A stretch of 32,000 nt of DNA from Candidatus Uzinura diaspidicola str. ASNER (lineage in GTDB: Bacteria > Bacteroidota > Bacteroidia > Flavobacteriales > Blattabacteriaceae). The stretch's first letter is position 1. Each line of letters begins with the position of its first letter. The stretch lies in the NCBI GenBank assembly GCA_000331975.1, contig CP003263.1, forward strand, positions 231,432 to 263,431, in the 5' to 3' direction. A model generated the notes under the pieces. That model had not been told where the DNA came from. It made no database searches and saw only the letters and a program-made list of their open reading frames with translations. Shown here in pieces: positions 6,589 through 17,302 of the stretch. The position numbers and the translations under genes are program-made.

Positions 6589-9288
6589 TTATTTAAATAC
6601 CCTATCTAAAATTTCTTCCTGTGTTCTTATAAAATTATGATAAGAACCACATGAAGAAGAAGCACTTTCTAATCTCGCTATCAATTCGAAATCAAATTTA
6701 GTACGTGAAATATATGGCCAAGCTCCCATATTTGCAGGCTCTTCTTGAACCCATAGCAATTTATCGTAAGTATCGTATTTTATCAAAATATTTTCTATAC
6801 TTTTCGTGTTAATAGGATATAATTGTTCTAAACGAATAAGTGCAATATGATGCGCCTTAATATTTTCTCTTCTTTCAAAAAGTTCATAAAAAATCTTTCC
6901 TGAGCAAAAAACAAGCTTAGTTACTTCTTTTGAGGAAGAATTATGGTCGTCTATGATAGGTTGAAAACAACCTATTGCTAAATCTTCAAGAGAGCAGATA
7001 CAAAAAGGATGTCTTAGCAAACTTTTTGGCGTAAAAACAATAAGAGGCTTTCTAAAAGACCATTTTATCTGTCTTCTCAAAGCATGATAAAAATTAGATG
7101 GATTAATACAATTAATAATACACATATTGTCACGACCACAGAGCTGTAAAAAGCGCTCTATACGACCAGACGAGTGGTCTGGTCCTTGTCCTTCATAACC
7201 GTGAGGTAAAAATATGACTAAGCCATTCTGCATTTTCCATTTATCTTCAGCAGCTGAAATATATTGATCTATAATAATCTGTGCTCCATTGCTAAAATCT
7301 CCGAATTGAGACTCCCAGATTGTTAGCGTTTTAGGAGAAGACAAAGCATAACCATAATCAAAACCCATAACACCATATTCAGAAAGAGGAGAATTATATA
7401 TTGCTAAAAAAGTTTGTTTTCTATTTATATGGTTTAGAGGTATATACTTTTCTTCCTTATTTTCTGTCTTTACTATTGCATGCCTATGCGAAAAAGTACC
7501 TCTCTCAACATCTTCACCAGATAATCGTACTTCAAATCCTTCATATAGTAAGCTTCCATAAGCTAGCAATTCAGCCATTCCCCAATCAATAGATAGACCT
7601 TTTTCTATCATTTCGATCCTTTTATTAAAGAGTTTTTTTGTTTTTATATAAAATGTTAACTCTTTAGGCAAAGAAGTAATTTTTTTACCTATTTCATATA
7701 GCTTGTCAATAGAAAAGCTAGTATCTATCTTTTGAAAGAGAATATCAGGGTTAGGTCTGTGTAAGTTTATCCACTCATCATTAAGAAAATAATCAATTTT
7801 ATTGCATTCTCTAGAATGAGATATTTCGTAAACTAATTCTAGTTTATTTCTGAAATCTTCATTCTGTATCAGATTGATTTCTCTAATTTGCTCATTATCA
7901 AGTTTTTTTTTATAGATATCTTTTGCATTGGGATGATTAGAAATCCTCTTATAAAGAGTTGGTTGTGTAAAATTAGGCTCATCTCCTTCATTATGGCCAT
8001 ATTTTCTATATCCTATTAGGTCAATAAAAACATCTTGTTTAAAATGCAGACGAAAATCTACAGCTATATGAATAGCATGTATTACGGCTTCTACATCATC
8101 ACCATTAATGTGTAATACTGGTGATAGTATTACTTTTGCTACATCAGTACAATAAGAACTAGAACGTCCATCGGTATAATTAGTAGTAAAGCCAATCTGA
8201 TTGTTTACAATAATATGTATGGTTCCACCAGAATGATATCCGAAAAGCTGAGACATTTGCACTATTTCATATATAATACCTTGTCCTGAAATAGCAGCAT
8301 CTCCATGAATAAGAATGGGTAAAAGTTTTTTATAGTTGCCACAAAAACTATGATCTATATTTGCTCTTGCTATGCCTTCTACTACAGAATTTACAGATTC
8401 AAGATGGGAAGGATTAGGTGAAAGTATCATTCTTACTATTTTTCCCTTACTATTATTTCTTATAGTAGTAACACCTAAATGATATTTTACATCTCCTGCA
8501 AATCCAATTTCTTCATATTCATTGCTATTGAATTCACTAAACATTTCTGAAAGATCTTTCTTGAAAATATTAGCCAAGACGTTTATTCTACCTCTATGAG
8601 CCATTCCGACAACCAATTCTTCTACTGAATAAGTTACTGAGGCATATTCTAAAAGTTCTTCTATTGCTGGAAGCAAAGTTTCATTCCCTTCTATTGAAAA
8701 GATTTTTTTACCTGCAAATTTTGTATGTAAGTAATTTTCAAATACGATTGTCTCATTAAGTTTTTTCAGTAAGTTTAGTTTATTTTCTCTAGATATAGAA
8801 GGATGGTTATCATTTTTATTGATACGATTTTGAATCCAAGCTATTCGCTCTGGCGAGTTTATGTGTAAATATTCTATTCCAAGAGATTTACAATAAGTAG
8901 CTTTAAGACTATCTAAAATAGTAGAAAGTGTACAAGGCTTCTTGTTAAGTAGCTTAGCTGCTTGAAAAACTTTTGTCTGATCTCCAGAGCTAAGACCAAA
9001 TTCTTCTATGTCAAGATTAATATCAGTATGCTTACTGATAATAGGGTTTGTTATAGAAAAAATATGTCCTATACTTCTATAGGCTTCAATTAATGATATT
9101 ACCTGAAATTCTTTAAAAATATTATTTTCAAATACGGAAGATGATATAGAATGTGCTGTTCCAAAATCAAATCCCTGAAAAAAAGCCATCCAACTAGGAT
9201 CTAGACATTCTGGTAAATGAATATATTTTTGATAAAGTTCTTCAATCAGTTTTGGATGTAAAGCATTTAGAAAAGAGTATTTTTCCAT
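6589..9288 (-). CDS. sucA: 2-oxoglutarate dehydrogenase E1 component
   Basis: 899 aa with MAHRGRINVLANIF, GDVKYHLG and IHGDAAISGQG, typical E1o/ThDP motifs. Confidence 0.95.
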   Translation of the reverse strand: MEKYSFLNALHPKLIEELYQKYIHLPECLDPSWMAFFQGFDFGTAHSISSSVFENNIFKEFQVISLIEAYRSIGHIFSITNPIISKHTDINLDIEEFGLSSGDQTKVFQAAKLLNKKPCTLSTILDSLKATYCKSLGIEYLHINSPERIAWIQNRINKNDNHPSISRENKLNLLKKLNETIVFENYLHTKFAGKKIFSIEGNETLLPAIEELLEYASVTYSVEELVVGMAHRGRINVLANIFKKDLSEMFSEFNSNEYEEIGFAGDVKYHLGVTTIRNNSKGKIVRMILSPNPSHLESVNSVVEGIARANIDHSFCGNYKKLLPILIHGDAAISGQGIIYEIVQMSQLFGYHSGGTIHIIVNNQIGFTTNYTDGRSSSYCTDVAKVILSPVLHINGDDVEAVIHAIHIAVDFRLHFKQDVFIDLIGYRKYGHNEGDEPNFTQPTLYKRISNHPNAKDIYKKKLDNEQIREINLIQNEDFRNKLELVYEISHSRECNKIDYFLNDEWINLHRPNPDILFQKIDTSFSIDKLYEIGKKITSLPKELTFYIKTKKLFNKRIEMIEKGLSIDWGMAELLAYGSLLYEGFEVRLSGEDVERGTFSHRHAIVKTENKEEKYIPLNHINRKQTFLAIYNSPLSEYGVMGFDYGYALSSPKTLTIWESQFGDFSNGAQIIIDQYISAAEDKWKMQNGLVIFLPHGYEGQGPDHSSGRIERFLQLCGRDNMCIINCINPSNFYHALRRQIKWSFRKPLIVFTPKSLLRHPFCICSLEDLAIGCFQPIIDDHNSSSKEVTKLVFCSGKIFYELFERRENIKAHHIALIRLEQLYPINTKSIENILIKYDTYDKLLWVQEEPANMGAWPYISRTKFDFELIARLESASSSCGSYHNFIRTQEEILDRVFK

Positions 9289-9303
9289 GTTTACACAACA
9301 ATC

Positions 9304-11901
9304 CTATAGATAAAAATCTGTTTCATTCCAACTATGAACTAATTTTAAAGCCTCAGTTAACTTACTTATAGTTTTTACCTTTGTCATAGATAGTCCTTTA
9401 TTATCATTTTCGCAATGAATCATAGTAGATACTTTTTTAAGTATCTTAAAAGCACTCACGCCATATATATCTATAAGTTTATCAGAAATGGCTACACAAA
9501 TAAACTCATCAAAAACGCTACCAATAATAATTATTATTTCTGTATTTTGTATACGTAATGCTAAAGCAATAGTTTTTAATCCTCTTACATCTAAAGATGT
9601 TTTTTCACATATTAGAATATAATGATTATGGTACTTTGCTTTTAACACCCATGCTGTTTTTAGACGTTGAATTTCTTTTAATATCAATGCTTCTATCTTA
9701 GATAGATAAATTTTATTATCTTGTCGCATAATTTGAATAGATTTAATAGGATTAGATGACCTATTCATTTCTTCAATTATTATTTGATAAGACTCTTGAG
9801 TCTTATTCAAGAATTTGATAGCAAACTTTGAAGTAATAGCTTCAATTCTACGAATACCTGATCCAACATAATGTTCTGAAATAATCTTGAAACTCCCTAT
9901 TTCTCTAGTACTTTTTATATGAAGACCTCTACATAATTCAACTATAGGACCAAAGCGAATACTTCTTACTTTTTCACTATCTTTATCAATAGAATTGGGA
10001 AGTGATATGCTTTCTTTTAAGGGCAGATCTTGATAAATCATTTCTTGAACCACACCCTCTATATTTTGTATATGATGAAAAGTAAGTTTTTTAGGGTATA
10101 AAAAATCAACCCTCAGACTGTCTTGTCGAGCATATGAATCAGTTTTGGTAACATCATTTAAAATTATGCTAATAGCATAATGTAATAAATGAGTTGCACT
10201 ATGATTTTTTTCTATGCTCTTTCTTCTAAACTTATTTACTGTAGCTTGAAAAGCTTTTTCTGGTGATTGAGGAATACTATTTGCAATATGTAGGAAGATT
10301 CTGTTCTCTTTTTTGGTATCTATTATAGATATTTTTTCTTTTTCATTCTCTATAACTCCTTTGTCTCCTACTTGTTCCGTTTCTTTATAAAACGGGGTTG
10401 TAGTAAAAACAATATGATAATAAATACTTCTGTTTTTTTTTACACGTCTATATTTAGAAAGGTGTACATATAGACTCAACTTATCATAAACAACAAAATC
10501 TTCAATAGAATTCGTTTCTTTAATAATGGTCCAATCATCTGTTTGAAAAGTACTTGCATTTCTAGAGCGATCCCTTTGAAGTTTTAACTCTCTTTTAAAC
10601 CCTACTTCATCTATTACTAAAGCATTTTCTGTAGCTAACAATCGTGAAAGATCCATTGGAAATCCAAAAGTGTCAAACAATTCAAATATTTTTATTCCAG
10701 CGATTGATTTTTGTTTTTTCACTTTTGTTTCTTGTATGATGTTTTCTAAACGCTTCAATCCTTTATTAATGGTTTTAAAGAAGAAACTTTCTTCCATGAA
10801 AATTTTCTCTTTTATCAATTTATTTTGTATTTTTAGTTCTGTAAAATGTATGCCCATTTCTTTTACTAGTATCTCTATTAACTGACAAAGAAACGCTTCT
10901 CTCTGAAAAAGAAAACGATAGCCATAACTTACCGCCCTCCTAAGAATTCTACGAATTACATAGCCAGCTCCTGCGTTAGAAGGATTTTGGCCATCAGCAA
11001 TAGCAAACGAAATTGCTCTAATATGATCTACAACCACACGAATAGCTATGTCTGTATATGGATTAAATCCATATATTTTATTACTTAGTTCTTCTACTTT
11101 TCTTATTAAAGTGGAGAAAATATCTGTATCATAATTGGAATCTTTATGTTGTAAAATTCTACAAAGACGTTCAAATCCAATTCCAGTATCTACATGACGT
11201 TCAGATAGTTCTTCTAGATTTCCATCAAATTGTCTAAAAAACTCCATAAATACAAGATTCCAAAGTTCAATTACTTGGGGATGTCCTTTGTTAACCAGTT
11301 CATTTCCAGATTTGTTTTTTTTTTCTTTATGCGATCGTAAGTCTACATGAATTTCCGAGCAAGGACCACATGGTCCAAGATTACTCATTTCCCAGAAATT
11401 ATGTTCTTTTTTACAAGAAATAATACGTTCTTTTTTAAGAAAATTTTCCCAAAAAAACTGGGATCCCCCATCTATAGAAATACCTTCTTTATTAGAACCA
11501 GCGAATATCGTTACATAAATATTGTCTATTGGAATTTTATAAACTGCGGTAAGTAACTCCCATGCCCAATTTATAGTTTGTCTTTTAATACAATAGCCAA
11601 AGGACCAATTACCAAGCATTTCAAACATGGTATGGTGATAAGAATCTTTACCTACATCTTCTAGATCATTATGTTTTCCAGAAACCCTCAAACATTTTTG
11701 TATAGAAGCTATATTTGTATAGATAACTTTTTTTTTACCAATAAAATATTCTTTAAAAGGGTTCATCCCTGCATTGACAAACATTAAAGATGGGTCGTAC
11801 TTAATTATAATAGGAGCCGAGGGTAGGATATGATGATATTTACTACTAAAATAGTCTAAAAAATGCTGGCGAATTTCTTGCGATGTCATAAAAAGGGACA
11901 A
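9304..11901 (-). CDS. alaS: alanyl-tRNA synthetase
   Basis: 865 aa with SQEIRQHFLDYF, HHTMFEMLGNWSFG, GPCGPCSEIH and the HSATHLLH editing-domain motif. The start may be the ATG at 11889. Confidence 0.95.
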   Translation of the reverse strand: MSLFMTSQEIRQHFLDYFSSKYHHILPSAPIIIKYDPSLMFVNAGMNPFKEYFIGKKKVIYTNIASIQKCLRVSGKHNDLEDVGKDSYHHTMFEMLGNWSFGYCIKRQTINWAWELLTAVYKIPIDNIYVTIFAGSNKEGISIDGGSQFFWENFLKKERIISCKKEHNFWEMSNLGPCGPCSEIHVDLRSHKEKKNKSGNELVNKGHPQVIELWNLVFMEFFRQFDGNLEELSERHVDTGIGFERLCRILQHKDSNYDTDIFSTLIRKVEELSNKIYGFNPYTDIAIRVVVDHIRAISFAIADGQNPSNAGAGYVIRRILRRAVSYGYRFLFQREAFLCQLIEILVKEMGIHFTELKIQNKLIKEKIFMEESFFFKTINKGLKRLENIIQETKVKKQKSIAGIKIFELFDTFGFPMDLSRLLATENALVIDEVGFKRELKLQRDRSRNASTFQTDDWTIIKETNSIEDFVVYDKLSLYVHLSKYRRVKKNRSIYYHIVFTTTPFYKETEQVGDKGVIENEKEKISIIDTKKENRIFLHIANSIPQSPEKAFQATVNKFRRKSIEKNHSATHLLHYAISIILNDVTKTDSYARQDSLRVDFLYPKKLTFHHIQNIEGVVQEMIYQDLPLKESISLPNSIDKDSEKVRSIRFGPIVELCRGLHIKSTREIGSFKIISEHYVGSGIRRIEAITSKFAIKFLNKTQESYQIIIEEMNRSSNPIKSIQIMRQDNKIYLSKIEALILKEIQRLKTAWVLKAKYHNHYILICEKTSLDVRGLKTIALALRIQNTEIIIIIGSVFDEFICVAISDKLIDIYGVSAFKILKKVSTMIHCENDNKGLSMTKVKTISKLTEALKLVHSWNETDFYL

Positions 11902-11923
11902 GAATATATGGAAGCTAACAACT

Positions 11924-12940
11924 TTAATTTAACCCAAACTCTGCCATATCTCCAAAACCTAAAGCTTTTCGTATACGATCTATGGTAATTTTTGCAGCTT
12001 TTGAAGCCTTAAGTGCTCCCTTTGCAAGAATTTTTTCTACAACAAATGGATTTTGTATGAAAAAGGCAAATTTTTCTCTTTCTATAGAAAAACTATCTAA
12101 CAATAGACTATATAACGCCTCTTTCGCTTGAAAATAACCATAATCTCCTTCCAGATAACTATCCTTCATTTCATACACTTTTTTCTTAGAAGCTAGTAAT
12201 TTATATAGGTAATATACTATATCTCTATCTGTATTTTTAGTAGCATGCAAATGACTGTTATCAGTTTTAATAGTCATTACCTGCCTTTGTAATTCCATAT
12301 CAGACAAAAATATATCAATAACATTTCCTCTAGATTTACTCATTTTTTTACCATCTAATCCTGGAATAAACCATTCATTTACAATAGGTTCAGGCAATAT
12401 AAAAATATCCCCCATTTCTCTATTAAAACGCTTAGCTATTTCCCTAGTAATCTCTATATGTTGGAGTTGGTCTCTCCCTAAAGGAATCTTTTCAGCATCA
12501 GATAGTAATATATCTGATGCCATTAATAGAGGATAGGTAAATAACCCTGTATTTACATCATCTAAATAAGATAGCTTATCTTTAAATGAATGAGTAAGTT
12601 TTAGGCGTTGATATGGATAGAAACAAGTTAAATACCATGCCAATTCAGTAACTTCAGGGACATCTGATTGTCTATACAATGCTACTCTATCGCTCCCACT
12701 ATCTAAGCCACAAGATAGCCAAACAGAAGCTACTTTATAGGTAAACTTTTTAAGTATTTTTGGATCTTTAATATGTGTAAGTGAATGTAAATCAGCAATA
12801 AAAAAAAAAGAGCCTTCTTTAGAATTTGCTAATTCTATAGAAGGAAAAATAACTCCAAAAAGATTTCCTAAATGCGGATTACCAGTGCTCTGTATCCCTG
12901 TTAATATTCTTGCCATTTTAATTTTTGTTTTAAACCCCAC
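11924..12940 (-). CDS. trpS: tryptophanyl-tRNA synthetase
   Basis: ILTGIQSTGNPHLGNLFG (HIGH-like) and KMSKS. The more likely start is MARILTG at 12916. Confidence 0.93.
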   Translation of the reverse strand: MGFKTKIKMARILTGIQSTGNPHLGNLFGVIFPSIELANSKEGSFFFIADLHSLTHIKDPKILKKFTYKVASVWLSCGLDSGSDRVALYRQSDVPEVTELAWYLTCFYPYQRLKLTHSFKDKLSYLDDVNTGLFTYPLLMASDILLSDAEKIPLGRDQLQHIEITREIAKRFNREMGDIFILPEPIVNEWFIPGLDGKKMSKSRGNVIDIFLSDMELQRQVMTIKTDNSHLHATKNTDRDIVYYLYKLLASKKKVYEMKDSYLEGDYGYFQAKEALYSLLLDSFSIEREKFAFFIQNPFVVEKILAKGALKASKAAKITIDRIRKALGFGDMAEFGLN

Positions 12941-13624
12941 TCATAATTTAAAGAATTTCTTTAGTTATTGCTCGTTGTCCACGAGCTACATTGCATCAAT
13001 GTCCTTAATTACGACCCCTTCTCTTATTCTTATATCGAGATCCTCTTACATGTGATTGTTTTAACCCATAACCCACCAAGAGGACTATAATATTTATCTG
13101 TATCCTTTTAATTGAGATGATTGTTGTAATGAAATAGCTATTATTCTGTATGGACGTAAGTTTTTTTTATGGCAGACTTAACATATAGGTCTAGATTACT
13201 TTTATCCTTCTTTTATTGCATTGTCTCTATATATTTTTCTCTAGTTTCAATAAAATTAAGGCTATAATAGGATAGGGGTTAATAGGATAAGTAAAAAAAG
13301 AATCCACAATGAAAAAGATTTAAAAGCCTAAAGAATAAATAAAGTGAGTACATAACAGTTAGAAATAAAAATTCCTGCACATAACGTTTAATAAAAATAG
13401 TAAAGGATAGGAAGTATAAGCATAGTAAGAAATAAAACTAGCTGATAGAAGAATTGAACCCCTTTGACAATGATGCTGTATTTATTCTATACGGTAGTAC
13501 AGAAACAAAAAAGCAAAGAAACGTTAATATTATGCGTTCAATAGGTTCATTCTATTACCCTTCTAAAACAATAAGGAAAGGGGGGAAAAGTGATACGTAA
13601 AAAACTATACAAGAAATATTATAT
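12941..13624. other. 684-bp ORF-free spacer, possibly the remnant of a decayed membrane-protein gene
   Basis: It has no ORF in the track. Minus-strand frames give short hydrophobic runs (FLTMLILPILYYFY*, TLCAGIFISNCYVLTLFIL*, AFKSFSLWILFLLILLTPILL*) separated by stops. I could not recognise any RNA-gene motifs. Confidence 0.25.
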
Positions 13625-15094
13625 TTATATCACTTCTACTTTAGTTTCATTTTCATTATCTAGCAAGTTGTAGCCAATCTTAAAGAGATCTTTTCGTATA
13701 TTATCTGAAATAACCCAATTTTTTTCCTTTCTAGCTTTTGAACGTATTTCTATAAGAAATTTAAGTAATTCTTCTACTTTGCTTGTTTGCTTCTTAATCT
13801 TAATTTTTAATCCCAAAACTTCTAAAAAGAAACTTTTCATCGTGTTTTCTAAGAGCTTTAAATCATAGTAAGTTAAATATTCATCTCCTTCCAATAAAGA
13901 ATGAATACAATGCATAGCTTCAAATAAATGAGCTATTAAACGAGGACTATTGAAGTCATCATTCATAGCATCATAGCATTTCTGCTTCCAAGTTATTATA
14001 TTTAAGGTGGAGGTCGATACTTTTATATTTCTTCTAAAGATAACTTCTAAAGTTAGAAATGACTCTATCAGACGATTATATCCTATTTTTGCTGATACAA
14101 GAGCTTTACTAGAAAAATCTAAAATTTTTCTATAATGGGTTTGAAGAATGAAAAAACGAATGACATCTGACGAAAATTTTGTAAGAATATCAAAAGGAAA
14201 AATAGTATTTCCAATAGATTTACTCATTTTCTCACCATTTAATGTTAATAAATTAGTGTGTATCCAATAATGGACGGGTATTTTCCCATGTAAACTAATA
14301 GATTGTGCAATCTCACAATCATGATGTGGAAATTTTAAGTCTATTCCGCCTGCATGAACATCAAAAACATCTCCAAGATATTTAAGACTCATAGTTGTGC
14401 ATTCAAGATGCCAACCAGGAAATCCTCTCCCCCAAGGAGACATCCATTGCATAATATGAGCGTCATCAGCTTTTTTCCACAAAGAAAAATCTTTAGTATT
14501 TCTTTTTTGTCTTCTATTTTTTAAACAACGCGAATTCCCCTCTAAGGTTTTTTCAATATTACTACGGCTTAAAATTCCATATTTATACCTATAAATATAA
14601 GTATTCAAGTCTAAATACACAGAGCCATCTATTTCATAGGCAAAACCTTTTTTTATAAGCATCTTTATAATTTCTATTTGTTCTATGATGTGCCCAGAAG
14701 CACTAGGTTCAATATTAGGAGATAGGGCATTAAATTTATCTAGGATACTATGTAAATAATAGGTATATTTTTGTGCTAATTCCATTGGCTCAATACGTTC
14801 AATTAGTGCTTTTTTAGTTATTTTATCATAACTATCGTTAGTTTCATCTTCTAGATGTCCTACATCGGTGATGTTTCGAACATAACGAACCTTATATCCT
14901 AAATATCTAAAATATCGTACTATTAAATCTAACGAAATAAATGTTCTACAATTTCCAAGGTGAACATCATTATAAACCGTAGCTCCACAAACATACATAC
15001 CAACATGACCCGAAATAATAGGCATAAAAACTTCCTTTTTTCTACTTAAAGTATTGTATATTTTAAATGTTTCTTTCGTTGTTATCTTGTGCAT
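13625..15094 (-). CDS. cysS: cysteinyl-tRNA synthetase
   Basis: 489 aa with [28 protein letters not shown] and KMSKSIGN. Confidence 0.95.
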   Translation of the reverse strand: MHKITTKETFKIYNTLSRKKEVFMPIISGHVGMYVCGATVYNDVHLGNCRTFISLDLIVRYFRYLGYKVRYVRNITDVGHLEDETNDSYDKITKKALIERIEPMELAQKYTYYLHSILDKFNALSPNIEPSASGHIIEQIEIIKMLIKKGFAYEIDGSVYLDLNTYIYRYKYGILSRSNIEKTLEGNSRCLKNRRQKRNTKDFSLWKKADDAHIMQWMSPWGRGFPGWHLECTTMSLKYLGDVFDVHAGGIDLKFPHHDCEIAQSISLHGKIPVHYWIHTNLLTLNGEKMSKSIGNTIFPFDILTKFSSDVIRFFILQTHYRKILDFSSKALVSAKIGYNRLIESFLTLEVIFRRNIKVSTSTLNIITWKQKCYDAMNDDFNSPRLIAHLFEAMHCIHSLLEGDEYLTYYDLKLLENTMKSFFLEVLGLKIKIKKQTSKVEELLKFLIEIRSKARKEKNWVISDNIRKDLFKIGYNLLDNENETKVEVI

Positions 15095-15110
15095 AAGATA
15101 ATAATATTTT

Positions 15111-15118
15111 CAAATATA
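15111..15118 (-). promoter_or_regulatory. candidate Bacteroidota -7 promoter box (TATATTTG) for cysS
   Basis: The reverse complement reads TATATTTG, matching TAnnTTTG, 16 nt upstream of the cysS ATG. Confidence 0.3.
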
Positions 15119-15176
15119 CGACAATAGGTTAACATTGGTCGGAGAGAATATTCAGATACCTGAAAACCTATTTTTT

Positions 15177-15184
15177 TATATTTG
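15177..15184 (+). promoter_or_regulatory. candidate Bacteroidota -7 promoter box (TATATTTG) for greA
   Basis: TATATTTG matches TAnnTTTG. It ends 21 nt upstream of the greA ATG and directly abuts the 30-bp repeat. Confidence 0.3.
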
Positions 15185-15186
15185 TT

Positions 15187-15216
15187 AATCTTTAGAAGAG
15201 ATACTATGGTAAAAAA
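15187..15216 (+). repeat. 30-bp repeat copy A (AATCTTTAGAAGAGATACTATGGTAAAAAA) spanning the greA start codon
   Basis: It is identical to the reverse complement of 16110-16139. This is also visible in the ORF track as IFRRDTMVK in both the greA leader ORF and ProS. Confidence 0.9.
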
Positions 15217-15682
15217 AGAATATGTTACTAAAGAAGGGTTAAGAAAACTTCGTGACGAGCTTTTGAAGCTCGAAACATTAGACCGTCATAAGATATCAAA
15301 AAAAATTGCAGAAGCTAGAGATAAAGGGGATCTTTCTGAGAATGCTGAATATGATGCAGCTAAAGAAGCACAAGGCATAATAGAGATGCGCATTTCTCGT
15401 TTAAAAGAAATCATTTCTAATGTCCGTGTTATATCTAGTGCCAAGATAGATACTACAAAAGTTTCCATACTTTCTACTGTAAAAATTAGAAATATAAATA
15501 AAGGTATATCGCAATCTTATACCTTAGTTCCAGATAGGGACACAGATTTGAGTGTTGGAAAAATTTCAGTTAATACACCAATTGCTCAAGGATTGCTTGG
15601 AAAAAAAGTAGGGGAAATTTCTCATATTTCGTTGCCTAACGGCAATAAATTATCTTTAGAAATTCTTAAAATATATTTTTGA
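15206..15682 (+). CDS. greA: transcription elongation factor GreA
   Basis: MVKKEYVTKEGLRKLRDEL...ARDKGDLSENAEYDAAKEAQG is canonical GreA. The tracked ORF begins at a TTG at 15182, but the ATG at 15206 matches GreA N-termini. Confidence 0.92.
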   Translation: MVKKEYVTKEGLRKLRDELLKLETLDRHKISKKIAEARDKGDLSENAEYDAAKEAQGIIEMRISRLKEIISNVRVISSAKIDTTKVSILSTVKIRNINKGISQSYTLVPDRDTDLSVGKISVNTPIAQGLLGKKVGEISHISLPNGNKLSLEILKIYF

Positions 15683-15784
15683 GCCCAGATTATAAACCGA
15701 CTCTTTGTGCAGTATTATCATTGATTTTTTACCTTAGTTTTAATCAATCCCAATACCTAATATAGTTATATAGTTATTATATAG

Positions 15785-17254
15785 TCAATAAGACTTGGCA
15801 AAAAAAACACGTTGAAACGAAGGTCTCCCAGAGAAAATACATAGACCTTTTTCTTGTTTTCTATTGAAAGGAATACATCTAATAGATGCAGTTGTTTCTT
15901 TTTTAATTTTTTCTTCTGTTTCTATAGATCCATCCCAAAAAGCAGATAAAAATCCCCCTTTGGCATCAAGTATTTCCTTAAAATCTTCATAACTATCTAT
16001 TTCTGTTGTAAGGTAATTTCTTCGTACAAGGGCTTTTTGGAACATATTTTTTTGAATTTCCTCTAGTAACTCACTTATACTATTTACTAATCCTTTTTGT
16101 GGAAGCATATTTTTTACCATAGTATCTCTTCTAAAGATTTCTACTTCTCTATTTTCTATCTCTTTCTGTCCAACAATAATTCGTAAAGGAATTCCTTTTA
16201 CTTCGTATTCATTCAACTTACATCCCCAGCTATATCTCTCCCTATTATCATATATCACTGATATTCCTTGCTTTTCTAGCGATCTCTTGATCGGAAGAAC
16301 CACTTTTTCTATAGCATCAAGCTGAATTTGATTTACGAAAATAGGAATGATTACTAGTTGTATAGGAGCTATTTTAGGTGGTAAAATTAAACCATGATCA
16401 TCGGAATGTGCCATAATCATAGCTCCCATCAATCTAGTAGAACAGCCCCATGATGTTGCCCAAACATAATTTTGTTCTCCAAATTTGTCTGTGAATTTTA
16501 CATCGAATGCTTTAGAAAATTTTTGTCCTAAAAAATGAGAGGTGCCTACTTGGAGAGATTTACCATCTTGCATCATCGCTTCAATACAGTAAGTTTGTTT
16601 AGCTCCTGAAAAACGTTCCATAGAGCTTTTGAATCCCTGAATAACAGGAATTGCCAGTAATTTTTCAGAGAATTCCGTATAAACTTCTAGCATTTTCTCT
16701 GTTTCAGTAATGGCTTCGTTTCTACTATCATGAGCTGTGTGTCCTTCTTGCCATAAAAATTCTGAGGTTCGTAAAAAAAGCCTTGTTCGCATTTCCCAAC
16801 GAACAACATTGGCCCATTGATTTAATAAAATAGGTAAGTCTCGATACGATTGAATCCAACGTCTAAAACTCTCCCAAACAATAGGTTCGGAAGTAGGTCT
16901 AATAATTAGTTCTTCTTCAAGTTTTGCCAGTGGATCTACTATAATGTTTCCTCTTGTAGAGGTTTTTAATCTATAATGAGTAACTACAGCACATTCTTTA
17001 GCAAAGCCATCAGCATAAGATATTTCTTTTGAAAGATAGGATTTAGGTATAAAAAGTGGAAAATAAACATTTTTATGGCCTGTATCTTTGAACATTTTAT
17101 CAAGAACTTCTTGCATTTTTTCCCAAATAGAGAACCCAAATGATTTCACTATCATGCAACCACGAACACCAGAAATTTCAGCTAAATCAGCTTTAGCTAC
17201 CAGTTCGTTGTACCATTTAGAATAATTTTTTTTCCGTTGAGGAAGTAAGTACAT
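15785..17254 (-). CDS. proS: prolyl-tRNA synthetase (archaeal/eukaryote-like type common in Bacteroidota)
   Basis: 489 aa with [61 protein letters not shown] and a C-terminal FAKSY. Confidence 0.95.
   Translation of the reverse strand: MYLLPQRKKNYSKWYNELVAKADLAEISGVRGCMIVKSFGFSIWEKMQEVLDKMFKDTGHKNVYFPLFIPKSYLSKEISYADGFAKECAVVTHYRLKTSTRGNIIVDPLAKLEEELIIRPTSEPIVWESFRRWIQSYRDLPILLNQWANVVRWEMRTRLFLRTSEFLWQEGHTAHDSRNEAITETEKMLEVYTEFSEKLLAIPVIQGFKSSMERFSGAKQTYCIEAMMQDGKSLQVGTSHFLGQKFSKAFDVKFTDKFGEQNYVWATSWGCSTRLMGAMIMAHSDDHGLILPPKIAPIQLVIIPIFVNQIQLDAIEKVVLPIKRSLEKQGISVIYDNRERYSWGCKLNEYEVKGIPLRIIVGQKEIENREVEIFRRDTMVKNMLPQKGLVNSISELLEEIQKNMFQKALVRRNYLTTEIDSYEDFKEILDAKGGFLSAFWDGSIETEEKIKKETTASIRCIPFNRKQEKGLCIFSGRPSFQRVFFAKSY
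16110..16139 (-). repeat. 30-bp repeat copy B, inside the proS coding sequence (codons for IFRRDTMVK)
   Basis: The plus strand reads TTTTTTACCATAGTATCTCTTCTAAAGATT, the exact reverse complement of 15187-15216. Confidence 0.9.
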
Positions 17255-17302
17255 AAAGAAATCTATAAGTTGTATTATTTACGCTAAGCTTCTTGAGAAA
17301 TG

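Noticed and set aside
12941-13624. RNase P RNA or another structured RNA in the cysS-trpS spacer
   Set aside because: I looked on both strands for the GAGGAAAGUCC and ACAGAAxxCGGCUUA boxes. I found only weak partial matches (ACAGAAAC near 13499, GTCCACGA near 12978) in the wrong order and context. It is not called, but a covariance-model scan is still needed.
15182-15205. TTG-initiated N-terminal extension of greA (MLIFRRDT)
   Set aside because: The extension is simply the translated copy of the proS-derived 30-bp repeat. GreA homologues begin near MVKKEY, and a -7 box lies just upstream.
15683-15784. Bidirectional terminator between convergent greA and proS (ATTGATT…AATCAAT)
   Set aside because: It has only a 7-bp AT-rich stem with a 15-nt loop and no convincing U-tract. 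This is too weak to annotate and leaves read-through plausible.
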